A stretch of DNA of 64,000 nucleotides from Microbotryum violaceum (lineage: Eukaryota), in the NCBI GenBank assembly GCA_001244265.2, contig CDLV01000010.1, positions 1,054,001 to 1,118,000 on the forward strand, given 5' to 3'. Numbering within the stretch: position 1 is the first letter of the stretch; every line of letters begins with the position of its first letter. A program made the position numbers and the translations under genes. A model generated the notes under the pieces. It made no database searches. It was not told the DNA's origin and worked only from the letters and a program-made list of their open reading frames with translations. Below, in pieces: positions 37,572 to 49,646 of the stretch.

Positions 37572-40500
37572 TCAATACTTGGACAGTTTGTTCGTCCAGA
37601 ACACTAGATACGAGCACAGAGACAAGTGGCCGCAAAAATCAGTGCCAGCTCTAAGCGATTTGCAGTACTCGAAAGTCAAAACATGAGGGCTAACGGTAAT
37701 TTTGCTTGATGTCCTCAGCCTCTTTGACACGTTTGCTGCGCCGCGAGGTGGGGTCAGGAACCTTGTGCAGCGGAACCGTTGTTTCCTAATGCAATCGAAA
37801 TGGGCATGAGTTTCAGACGGAACAACGATAGAATGAGACGGCAATACGGCTTGAAGACCAAACAAAACTCACGGCGATGCGCTTGCGTGCGCCGGCCAGG
37901 ATGTACGCGCCCCACTTTTGCAGATTATTCTTGAGCGCGAGCTCGCGTGTACCCTTAGCGTTGAGCCAGTTCTGAAGGTTCTCAATCTGTAGAGATGCCC
38001 GTCCGGCAAAGGTCCGTGAGCACGAAGCACTCTGTACAGTCTTACCAGCAAACGCACCTGCTGCTCGTCATCGTAGAAGCCCCACTCGTTCGTGCCCAGA
38101 ATACCCGGCTCGTAAACCTCCTCCTTCACTCGTCTCGCCACAATGTCGTTGTTGTCCGCAGGAGCCTTCGATGCCATCCATGCATAGTCGGCTTCACTCG
38201 GGCCTTGCACGAACAACCTGCCCGTCCCGTAAAGCACACCCTCTCCTCGCTTGCCCAGCAATTCCATTGACCCAATGCCATCGAACCACCAGTATCGGCA
38301 GTGGAACCGATCTTTGCCCAATGGCTTGCTGCGAGAAACCGAGTGGTACTTCCTGAACTCGCGTTCGACGAGGTCGTCCCGCTTGGCGTTTTTCTTAAGC
38401 TGATCGTCGATGTCGTGGAGCGCGCGATCCTTCTCTCGGGCAGTCCCTGTCTCGGCGATGCGTCGGATGCGAGCCATCTGCTCCTCTTGCGCGCCCAGCA
38501 GCGCCTGTTTCTCGAGCAGCTTGCGGTTGCGGTAGGCCGCGTGTCCATCGAGGGCGGGGGTGCCCGTACCCGACTCGGCATTCGACGCGACCGAGGGCGA
38601 GCGCACACATCTAAGTGCGCTTTGTGGTCGCTGAGGAAGAGGCTCGTTCAGGTCTTCGTCATCGGCAAGCTGATCCTCCTCCTCGTCGCCATCACCGCCA
38701 GCGACCGAATCGTCGATGGCCATGGGGGAACCTGCTGCCGCAGGCGTAGCGTCAGCGTCGGAAACATGCTTGCCGTTCGTTGAGGAGGGTGCAGTGTCGA
38801 GTTCAGGTTTCGGAGACGGCGCGGACGAAGTTTTGGTCGATGTAGGGATTGACGCAGCGTGGTTCCCGTTCGCGGCATTGGGGACAGGCGAGGACGCGTC
38901 CCCGTTGGTAGCCTCACCATTTTCGGCCTTGCTGCCCGACTCAGGGGGAGGAGCGAGAGCGTTGACGGCGTTCTCGACCGGCTTGCCCGTCTTGGGCTCG
39001 AAAACGAGGACGCCTCGTTGCTCGAGCAAATTCTTGCGCTCCTTGTTCACGTCGGCGCGCGCCTTGCGGTACTCAGTCAGTTGCAACTCGGCTTCTTCGA
39101 GGAAAGTTCGCACGGGCTTGGAGCCCATGGCCAAAGTCGCAAGGAAGGCGACGATGTCGACCTTGTCCTGGATCGGAAGCGACAAATACGCCCCCTCGGG
39201 GTCGGAGGTATCGACAAACTTGCCTTTGGAAGCTGCGCCGTTGGAAGTCGCAAAGGTCGCCGCTTGCTCCGCCGCGGGGGCCGATTGCGCCGAGTCAGCC
39301 GCCGCGCCAAAGAGCTTGGCGGGGGTCAGGTCGGCTCCTTCAAAGATGTGCTTGAGGATGGCATGCAGATTTGGCATTGCTCGAACGGCCCCGCGCGAGC
39401 AGAGCGCGCCGATCATGTGTCGCTCCCACCCCTCTCGTCCGTCGGCGCTCTTCAGCTTGGCCGTGCGATCCCAGCGCTTCGAGTAGCTGATTCCCTTGCG
39501 AAGGAGCAAATCGAGCTCGCTGTCGATGCGATTGGGATCCGCATTCTCCACATCGCCTTCGTCGTCGTCCCCATCCGCGAGCTCGTCGATCTCTTCCTCG
39601 CCCTCTTCTTCGCCATCCTGGCCTGCTTCGTTCGCTAAGTCCGCCACGGGGACGAACTGCACGGTGACTGACCCGTAGACACGCAACGTGTCGGTACCGA
39701 TGATGTTGGTCAAGGAGGCGTGGATTTCGGCGAGGAGGTCGCATCGAATGCCCGGATTCGAGTGGTTCATTGCACCGTAAAAATCATCGAGCGAGAAGGG
39801 TGACAGATTCAGAGGCTTGCCGAAGACGTTGAGAATATTCCAGGTGGAGATGAAGGTGTCGAACATGTGCGGCGGCACAAGGAGGTGACGGTTGGCACTC
39901 GGTTTGGACGGCAAAGGAGGAATCTCGGCATTGACGCGTCGGAGGAAGCGACCGTCGTGAATGGAGAGAGGGTCGAGGTCGAGATCCTCGATCGGATACT
40001 TAATCGCTCGCTTGTATTCGGCCGGCGGCTTGGGCACCTTGGGGGGCTTCTCGGCTTTGACCTTGCGCGGGGCATCCGGATCGGTCTCGGCTTTGATCTT
40101 GCGCGGCTTCTTCGGAGGCGGTGCACCGTCGCCGTCGGTAGGACCCTTTCATATGCATCAGATCCAGGAGAGGACGAGTCAGCGGAAACGAATGCGAACG
40201 AGGGGAAACACTCCTTCTTCACCCACCCTGCGCTTTGCGAGCTTGGCCTCACGGATCTCCTCGTTGCGCTGTTGATCCTCCTGGCTCTGCTCCATCGGCA
40301 AGTTATATCGCCTGGCGATCGAAGGCTTGACGATCCACGGCGCAGCGATGGTCGATTCTCGATGAACGCATTCGCGCACGTATCTCTTGAGAATTGATTT
40401 CGAGAACGAGAGACGGTCTCGACTGCAAAGGAAAGCCATAGCAGAGGTCAGCCAATAGCCCGACTGGCTTCGAGCGCTTGCATGGTAAACTGACCTTAGT

Positions 40501-41481
40501 TGTTTGGCTTTGACTTCCATGAAGCTACCTTCAAACCTGTGCTCCTCGTCCATGAGCTGTACGGTGTAGAGGTACTCGTCCGGGTCATCGCGTGTCAGAG
40601 CCTCTTCGGTCGAAACGTGCAGGTCGGTGCCGATCGTGTGCGAGTAGGAGGTGAAGTCCTCGAGCGCGTCCGCGGCAGGTATCGATGATGATCGAACAGA
40701 CTCGGCGACCTCTTCGTCTTCATCGGCCTTGCCCTTGCCTTTACTCTCGATAGCGGCGAGGCTCGCTTCTTCGCGCGCCAAGTTGCGGATCGCGACGGGG
40801 GGGAAAACGGAAGAGATGCGAGCGTAGTATCTGAGCGAGGGTCGACTGGCATCAGCATTGATCATGTTTCTCCTTATCGGACGCTTCGAAAGACTCACTT
40901 GTCGCCTCCGAGGTCAACGAAAACTTTTTCTCCGGCAAAGAAGCGATCCTTGAAGCGCTCAAAAATCTGATCGATCAAGTTGTCGAGCCGACCCATGACC
41001 TCTGTGTGGTGCCAAGCCCGGACCACACGTCGCGTCAGTCGCGAGGAATCTTCAGAAAGCCTTGCTACCGGCTTACGGAATTGAATCGACTTGAGCACTT
41101 TGCCCTTGAGCTCGGCGGGGAACCTCTCTCTGACGATCCTGGACTCATTTCTCTCCGAGTCGAGCGCCTGAAAGTAGTCGAGTCCACTCTTGCCCGAGTA
41201 TTCGCATGTGAAGATCCTTGAGAGCAAGTACGTCATGCGTGCCGAGTAGGCTCTGCAGAGGTGTGCAATGTATGGCATGGGCCACAAGGTATGTGTCAGC
41301 CAAGAAGAAGCGGAATGACTTCATGTCTGCCATGCCAAGAGGGCAGGCGGAGACGCAATACTGACTCGTAGGTGAGAAAGACTTCTCCGGTCGCCTTGAG
41401 GAGGAAGACGGGGGCATTCGGGTCGTCGGGGAGTTGAGGTAGTGGAAGCAATGGTACGGGTCGGCGCGCGGTCTGAGGCAT
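37572..41481 (-). CDS. ITC1: ISWI-complex subunit Itc1/ACF1 (WAC, DDT, WHIM1, WSD domains)
   Basis: WAC: VFLLKATGEVFLTYE.YSARM..FTCEYSGKSGLDYFQALDSE. Also RDRLSFSKSILKRYVRE, KYPIEDL, DDT WNILNVFGKPLNLSPFSLDDF, PLGKDRFHCRYWWFDGIG, WLNAKGTRELAL and terminal YLFWTNK. Confidence 0.92.
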
Positions 41482-42621
41482 GATGAAGGGAGGACGTGCT
41501 GGTAGTGGGAGTGATGGACCGAGGCGATGGCGATGGCGGAAGCGAGCTCGAGCACGAGCCGGATGTAAGCGCGGGGAGGGAGCGAGAAGCGAGGTGGGGG
41601 TCCGGCCGAGTTGACCGAGGTCAATGAGCAGAGAAAGTGTGTAGGATAACGGAGTGCGCGGTGTCTACTCGAGTCGGTGCGAGGTGGCCGCGTCACGTCG
41701 CGGGATGTAAGCCGAGGGCTGGGCGGGTGAGGAGAGGGGGCGGCGGTCGTTGTCTTATCCCGGCAGCAAGCGGCTCTGGCCCGGCGCAGACGACGCGTGC
41801 GAAGTCGGACCACGGGCGTAGCCGACAGGGGCTCTGATGGATCGGGGAAAGATGGGTACTGGCACGAGAGGGGGTGGAATCGAGTGAGGGAGTGGATCGG
41901 TCGACGTTGCTCGCGCGGACGATTGAGGACGGGCGCCAATCGAGCGAGAGCGAGAGCTAGCGTGAGCAGGGAGCGGGAAGTCGATTCGACGGGGAGGGTT
42001 CGAGGCGACCACGACACGACGCGGGCGACGAAGGCTGCTTCAACGGGCAGCTGAGCACCCCGGAGAGCAAGTCGAGCGCAACACAGGGAGAGGAGTCGAC
42101 CAACGCGGGCTGCTGAGCTCAATCGACGCGCGGGAGAGGTGCGGTCACAGAGGATGGGCAAAGAGGAAGGAAGGGGCCGCGGGAGGTGTAGGGAACCCCA
42201 GCGGACGCGAACAACGCGGCGCAATTCTGTCGAGTCGAGGAGGAAGTCGTCCAGCTGGCCGATCGCTGGACGGACTTGGACGGCGGCTTCATCCTGCACC
42301 TCAGTTTGCCGAGAAAAAAGGGGAACCGAAAAAAGAAACCGGTTTATAGGTTTTTGTCATCAAGAAAGGTGCGTCGCTCCAAAGCCTGAATTAGGAGAAT
42401 ATCCCCGGCCGGTCCCGGGTCCATTTTTAGTAAAAAGGGTGTGTCAAGTCGTGCGGCGCGCGATCAATTCGACGAGGAAAGGACCATCACTAGTCGTTAC
42501 TTCAAGTTGTGTCGCCCACTGCAGCGTTTTGAGCGCCCGCCGTTCGACAAGCGGCATCCTCCACACAAACCGCTTGTTCCTCAATTTGACTTCGTACTGA
42601 GCCACTTGCCCGTTCTCAAAA

Positions 42622-44914
42622 GTGGCAGACTCTCAGCCGCGTGTTCGCTCGGCGCCGACGACCCAGCGAGCGGCAGCCGCAGCCGCATCAGCACCTCCCG
42701 CTCCGGTTGTCTCCCCACCACCACCACCACCACCGTCACGACGATCCTCGCCGCGAGCGGCAGGTCGTCTCTTCCTCCTCTCCCTCGGCCTTCGCTTCCT
42801 CAATGCATTCGTTACGCGCGGCTTCTTCCAGCCGGATGAGTATTGGCAGTCGCTCGAGGTAGCACACCGCATCGTCTTTGGCTACGGCTACAAAAGCTGG
42901 GAATGGCGAACGGCAACGACGATCAACGAAGGCGCGACCGCCCACCAATTATGGTCGACCGTGACCAGAGGCGGCCAGGGCGGGATCAGAAGTCCTCTCT
43001 ATCCTATGCTCTTTGTTCCGCTCTACTGGATACTGGCCCAGCTGGGGCTTGATGGCGGCCCCATGCTCGTTAGTCCCTCGGCTAGCTTGCTCGGGAGAGG
43101 CCTTCTCTCCATAACACCCGCTAACCACACGCTCGCTTGTGCCCCATGGAACCTGCAGGTACTCGCACCTAGACTCGTGCAAGCCGTTTTCGCCGCCGCA
43201 ACAGATATCGCAGTGATGCGTATTGCCGATCGAGTTCTGGGCGAGCAGTACGGATTAGCAGCTGTCAGTCTTTGCTCCGGAGTGCCTTCAAGGTTTTCGC
43301 AAGCTCCGGTGCTGACCCAACCACACATTCCTCGGACCGTGCAGCTATTTTGCTCCCTGGGTTCCTTCTTCAACTTTCACACCTCTACGAGGACGTTTTC
43401 AAATTCAATGGAGACCGCTCTTACGACATTGGCGATTGCCTTGTGGCCCTGGCCCGGTCGAGCCAAGTCCGATGAGCAAGCGCTGTCAGCACCCCAGTAG
43501 GTCCACATGCGGTGGGATCGTGCGCTCGGCAGGGCGATTGTAGAGCTTGAGAATGTCTACTTCGCAGATACTTCTCTTCTCTAGCCTTCTCGCTTGGCTT
43601 GGCTGCAATTGCTTGCGTCATGCGACCCTCGAATGCCATCATATGGCTCACGCTTGGTGGACATCTGCTCGCGACGCATGCGCCCAACCCCGAAGGCGTC
43701 TACATCTTGTCACTTGCCACCTTCATTGGGTAAGCTGAAGTGCTTTCCTTCGACAAAGGATCTTCGCTTAACTCCTGATACCACTCCGTACCCATTCGGA
43801 ACAGCGTTTTCGCCTCCATCCTTTGCTTCCTCGTCGACACGGCTTTCTATTCGACTCCGACCTTTACGCCCTTACGGTTCCTCCACGAGAACGTGTTTCA
43901 CTCCATCTCGCTCTTCTACGGGTCTAACTCGTCCCATTTCTACTTGACCCAAGGAATCCCGATCATGACCATGACGCAGCTGCCCTTCCTGCTCCATGGC
44001 CTGTGGCTCGTCTTTATCAGGAGCGACGTGCGAGGACGAGGATTGGCCTCGTTGGGTATCGTCGTGTCTACCACCGTCATCCTCTTTTCCCTACTGGGTC
44101 ACAAGGAATGGAGGTTTCTACACCCTATCCTTCCCATCCTGCACCTCTTTGTTGCTTTTTCCCTCGTCACCTTGCACACCTCCCGCCTCGGCCTCGCCAA
44201 GTCGACCACCGCCACAAAGCTGTCGACAGTCCTGCACGTCCGAACGAGACATCTCGCTTTGATCTTGGCCTCGCTTATCCCTGGGTTGTACTTCACTTGC
44301 TTCCATTCGATCGCCCAAGTCACGATTCTCGATCACCTGCGCTATCTACCCACATTCGAGGTCAGGTCGGTTGGATTCTTGATGCCGTGCCACTCGACAC
44401 CCTGGCAGAGTCATCTCCACCGCAGTCATTTGGAATTGGGTGGTTTGAGGAGTGGGGAAGGGGGTTTGCTATGGTTCATCACGTGTGAACCACCGATTGG
44501 GTCAGTCGACACCGTTCGTCAAGCTGATTTGACGACGATAGGGTGTATTGATACAACATATGTATTGCACGAGGCAGGCTCGATACGACCTCGACAGCCT
44601 ACCGAGATCAATCCGACTATTTCTACGCATCCCCCTCAAACTATCTCACTCAGCGATTCCCTTCCGAGGTCGACCCGACCTTCCCTCCTACCCCTTTCCA
44701 AACCCAAGAATGGCAGCATACATGGCCATCGCATCTCGTCTTTTTCGAGACGTTGTTGGACCAGGACCCTGAAGTGGCGAAGATTTTGAAAGGGGTAGGG
44801 TACGAGGAAGAGGAGAGGAGGTGGAACTCATTGTGGCATGATGATGAAAGAAGGAGAGGGGATGTGGTGGTTTGGAAGTGGAGGAGGACGACGACGACGA
44901 GATCAGTCGAGTAG
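42622..44914 (+). CDS. GPI10: GPI mannosyltransferase 3 (PIG-B); apparent non-ATG or spliced start
   Basis: FFQPDEYWQSLEVAHRIVFGYGYKSWEW, GIRSPLYP, TRTFSNSMETALT, RPSNAIIW, SLFYGSNSSHFYLTQG, SLLGHKEWRFLHPILP, VGFLMPCHSTPWQSHLH, FITCEPP, WPSHLVFF. Confidence 0.92.
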
Positions 44915-44974
44915 TAGATTCGCTGAGAGTGTTGTAGAGCTTTGTGTCATTGGCTTGAGTCATGCTTCCGGCGC

Positions 44975-46122
44975 CTAGGTGGTAGGGTCAGGTCTTGAGA
45001 AGCGCAAGATATGCAGATGTTCTCCCCCAGCTCGTCGTTTCAGTACGACCTATAAGACGCAATTATCACGAACCGATCACTTGGTAGTTGGATGTAAGCT
45101 CAGTATGGAAAGGTGCTGCTCACCTCGCCTCGCAATCCTGTTTTCTCGAGCCCTTCGATGATTTGCTGTGGTTTGTTCTGGACGATCGTGACGAGGTAGA
45201 ACAAGCCTCTGTTGGAGAGTAACAGCTATCAAAAGGAGCAACACCACATTCAATTTTGTCAGCTTCGTTGGACCTCTGAAATTACCCCCTCCCATCCTAC
45301 TCTCATTCACCTCAACCACGTCCAACAACCGATCCGTAACCTGCATCCCATCCGCTCCTCCCGCCCAAGCCCTCTCCAACACCCCCTCCATCCTTGCCAT
45401 CTCCAATTCGTCCTCAGAAGTGGGCACATAAGGTGGATTGAAAACGATGACATCGCACGCGTGTTGAAGCCGATGGAATAGGGACATGCAGAGGTCCGTT
45501 TGGACGATTTCGAAAGGGGTTCGGAGGGAGTTTAGACGAGGGGTTTCATGAGTTGCGAGACATGCGGGTAGGGATAGGTCGGTTGTGAGGAGGACTGAGT
45601 GAAATGAGTGTTGGGCTGGTGTATTAGTCTGAACGTTTATCTGATAGACAGAAGCCTTCACGACTATGAAAACCCAACGAACGCGTAGAGTTTGGAGCGA
45701 GCAAAGTGCCGAGGAAAGTTGAGACGACGCCAGAGCCGGAGCTATGCAGAAGGACGTGGATCCACGAGCCGCGTATATTATCAGCCAAACATTGGAATGC
45801 TATCTTTGGGAATGACCGGCTCGTCCGTACCCGATTTCCAGACATAGTCGTGAGCCCTGTAGACGAGCTCGGTCGGCTTCCAGCGCATCCAGGAGCGCGA
45901 ATGTGTCCTCTACAGAATGGAGATGTTCAGCGTCAGCTTGGGTATTCTCAACTCAAGATAACAGTGCATTGGGAACGAGGCCAACATACCGGCTGGTTCG
46001 TAGACGGATTCAAAGTCGAGCTTGGAGAGGTGGGACGTCGACGGGGTGGGGATCTATGAGGATGATGAGAGAAGGGATCAGGTTGACTGTGATCGGGTTC
46101 AGTAAGCTCTGGTACTTACCAT
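44975..46122 (-). CDS. MTQ2: eRF1 glutamine methyltransferase (HemK2/N6AMT1)
   Basis: ATG immediately followed by an intron, then IPTPSTSHL..VYEPAEDTFALLDALE, CLEIGSGSGVV, DVIVFNPPYVPT, AWAGGADGM, KRRAGGEHLHILRF. Confidence 0.92.
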
Positions 46123-46549
46123 GACTACCTGTTTGTCGGGGCTCCTGGGATTATCTGAACCTTGACGATATCGTAAGAGGATGAAAGTGGCTCCGCAACT
46201 TGACGTGCGAAGCCGGCGCACCGATCACTTTCTGAGCCAGGTCACGTGCCTTGACGAGCTGAGTGAGTCATATTCTCCGAGTAAGTCACACTCCAAGAGC
46301 CTTGCCATTTTAATATTGAGGAATGTTAGAGATGTATTCAGGAAACAGTTTTTTCCTTTGATGCTCCATATTCACGGTGGCCGCAGCGAGAACATGGACC
46401 CCTGTCGCTGACTAATTGCACTGGCAGGATCGTCCCGCGCTCGACACTTGAGCGCGCTTCGCTGCGACTTTCCCTGTGCCTCCCTTCCCACTAGCTCTCA
46501 TCGCACCATCTCACACCATCGTCGCCGCCACGCCCATCCACGATTCGAG

Positions 46550-47813
46550 ATGGCTTCGAGCTCGATCGACTTCCGCCCCGACTTCCGACATACTGAATTC
46601 TCGATCGAGCCGTACCTCAAACAGCACCTGCGCCTCAAGCTCGACTCGGACTCGACGCTCTGTCAGCCCTTCGCGACGACCGGTACATGTCCTCTCGGAG
46701 CATCCTGTCCATTACGCCATGTCAGTGCCGCACCTACCAACTTCCAGCCACCGCCACCAGTGCCTCAGAACGCGCATGGGAGGACGGTGTGCAAGCATTG
46801 GCTCAGGGGCTTGTGCAAGAAGGGCGATCGTTGCGATTTCCTGCACGAGTACCACCTCCGCAAGATGCCCGAGTGCTGGTTCTTTGCCAAGTATGGCTTC
46901 TGCTCCAATGGTGACGAGGTCAGTTTTGTGTTGCGCTAGCTCTTGATGGCCCGAGTCGCCTCTAGTCAACCGTGGTCGTGCCTCGATGCTGACGCTGGCT
47001 TCTCCGCCTTCCACAGTGCATGTATCTCCACGTGACCGACGACATGCGGATACGCGAATGTCCAAACTACCGCAAAGGCTTCTGCAAGCTAGGTGAGCGT
47101 CTCTTGCTTTCCGCATGCCTCGCTCGATTCGCTCGTGCTGACCCTCTCTTTCACTTGCTGTCATCTCTTCCGCACCATTTCTGGATATGGAACTCGAAGG
47201 CCCCGAGTGTCCTTTGAAGCACATCCGAAAAGTTGCTTGTGCCGACTATATCGCAGGCTTTTGCAGCAAAGGACCTGATTGTCGCCTCGGACAGTGAGTC
47301 GTGACGCTGCTCCGCTTGGCTCGCGTAGATATGGTACGCTGACTTTCCTATCGTCGCTTACCTACTTGGAATCTCACCTTCAGTCCCAAATTCGAACCCG
47401 AGCCTGAACCACCGTCATCGTCAACACGTATCCCCGACGTTTCGGGAGCTCGTTTCTTACCTGAAGCGACATTCCGACTGCACCGTAAAGACTGGCTCGA
47501 CTTTGCCGCCGACCCGAATCACAAGACCAATTTCGGAGGTGGTGGAGGTGGTTATACCAACTACAATCAGCAGGGAGGTGGTGCGGCTGGTGGTGGTGCG
47601 GGAGGAAGAACTTTCAGGGATCTTAGGTGAGTGCGCCGTAATTTAAAGTGCTGTGAAGGGGTATAGGTGCTGACTCGATCTGTTTCGGCATCGTACAGCA
47701 CCGTTGAATGCTTCAAGTGTGGAGAGTTTGGTCATTTCGCCAACCTGTGTCCTAATCCAGCCGTACCGGGCGACCGAGGTGGGTTGAGGAAGAGGAACCA
47801 GGATCAGAATTGA
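46550..47813 (+). CDS. YTH1: mRNA 3'-end processing factor CPSF30/Yth1
   Basis: Tandem CCCH fingers ([68 protein letters not shown]) and a C-terminal zinc knuckle CFKCGEFGHFANLC. Confidence 0.95.
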
Positions 47814-48092
47814 TTGGACGGGTGTGAAACTCTCGTCGAAGATGGGTGAGGTTTGATGTCTTGTAGTATTATTCAATCGTGTTGTAATCACATACTCTGT
47901 AGTAAATTAGTGCATTGTAGGGGCAGAGTATCCGATGGCAATTAGTCCCTTCAAATGTCCATTAGGCTGTGTGGATTTCCGCCTTACACCACGCTTGAAA
48001 TTGCGAAGCCGCGCGCGAGTCGCGTCGCACGCTGGGCGGCTCGCACGCTGCTCTTTGTACCCACCCGCACAACCATCCGCCGACGACCCATC

Positions 48093-49229
48093 ATGACACT
48101 CGAAGTCGTTCCCCCTTCCCGGCCGTCGCACATTGCGACCCTCATCAACGGTGTCGATCGATACAACCCCTCGAGTGAGTATCTGACCACGAGAACGATG
48201 AGCACGACGACGCATCCGGGCTGCAACCTCTCCTCTCTTTCTGTATCCCCGAAAGTGCGATCGTTTTCTGACCGCATGAAGCTCCTCATCACAGACTGCC
48301 ACTTGTTGGAGGAATACGTGCAGCAACAACTGTCCAACTCGTCGTACGACCTCCTGTCGAATCTCGCGCTGTTGAAGCTGTACCAGTTCAACCCTTCTTT
48401 GCTCTCCCCCTCCGCAACGCTCTCGATCCTCTTCCTCTGCCTCGTGCACCGACCGTTCGACCCCGACTTCTCCCTCGCATGGTCCCTCTTGGGTGACTCG
48501 TTCGTCGTCGGGGCTTCGCTGCCCCCCGCACCTTTGGACTCGGATGACGAAGAGGACGAACTGCCCAAGGCCGCCGCGCCTCAGGGCGAGCGGGAAGCCG
48601 CGTACAGGTTCAAGCTGTTGAGCCAATACCTCCAAGCGAGGAGGTTCAAATTGTTCTGGTCGAGCATTGGGGGAAACTTGACCGAGGGGGACAAGGCGAT
48701 CGAGGTGAACAAGATTTTGGGCGAGATGAAGGAGGCGGCCGAAGGGTGGGAGCGCGTGACGAGGGAACAGATCGCGATCGAGTTGGAGCAAAGCTTCAGG
48801 GGATTGGACCAAAAGACGACCCAGGTGTTTTTGGGATTGCAAGGTCAGTCTCGTAGCCGTCGTGATGGTGGAACTGAAGGCCTTGATGCTTCGGCCCAGG
48901 CCGAGCTCGCCAATTTCTGTGACCCTCGCTGACTCGTGATCATGTTCTACGGCCTCTTGTCAACTCAGATGGATCGGACGAGTTGAAGGCCATCAAGGAG
49001 CAAAGAGGATGGACCGATCAAGGCAAGGACTTAAAGTTCCCTAAAAACGACGGCAACTCGCCGACATCGACCGTTACCAACGAAAAGATCACCATTGACC
49101 GTGAGTCGAGGGCAGAATCGCCATGACGCTATCTCCGAGTCGAGATTCTCCTTATATGTGAACTTGCGCTGACTAGTCTGCTTGCCTCGACCAGAACTCT
49201 CGCGTCTCTTGGGGCGAACACAAGCCTAG
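48093..49229 (+). CDS. Translation initiation factor eIF3 subunit K
   Basis: RPSHIATLINGVDRYNP..LLEEYVQQQ..YDLLSNLALLKLYQFNP..PFDPDFSL, and C-terminal VTNEKITID.LSRLL. Confidence 0.9.
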
Positions 49230-49646
49230 ACGAAGGCTGGATGGTGCGACCGGCTAAGAGGGAAGATTCTTCATTGACGTGTTCGTGTTGGCCATAGATA
49301 TTTGTGGTGGTGGAATTCTACATTGTCTTGTCGAAAGTCATTTGATGCGCAGTCCTATGCACTCGTGTGCTATTGGAACCCACAGAGTCGCGAAAGGAGA
49401 GTGCATGGCCTGGCCTCCTTTGCTCTGAGAAGTGTTCCATGGGCGTGACATGCTCCGGGCCTTGTCAGGCCCGAGTAAACCTCGCGCCTACTCGCGCCAG
49501 CTCCTCAGCTCGCGCCGAGGGCCCCGCCGGGCGCCGCTCGAGGTTACCTTTGATTGCTTGCGCTTCGTGTGCTGCTACGTGTCGATCGCGACTCGAAAAA
49601 ACGTTAGGGTCATCCTCTGCGGGTGTTGACCACTACACGACACGAG

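Noticed and set aside
41145-42299. 384-aa minus-strand ORF upstream of ITC1
   Set aside because: Low-complexity Arg/Pro/Ser translation of a GC-rich leader/promoter region. The conserved WAC domain starts at ATG 41481 in another frame.
47907-48842. 311-aa antisense ORF over eIF3k (and similar long antisense ORFs over TFIIB, ITC1, PMT)
   Set aside because: Shadow ORFs from GC3-rich codon usage on the opposite strand, with no motifs.
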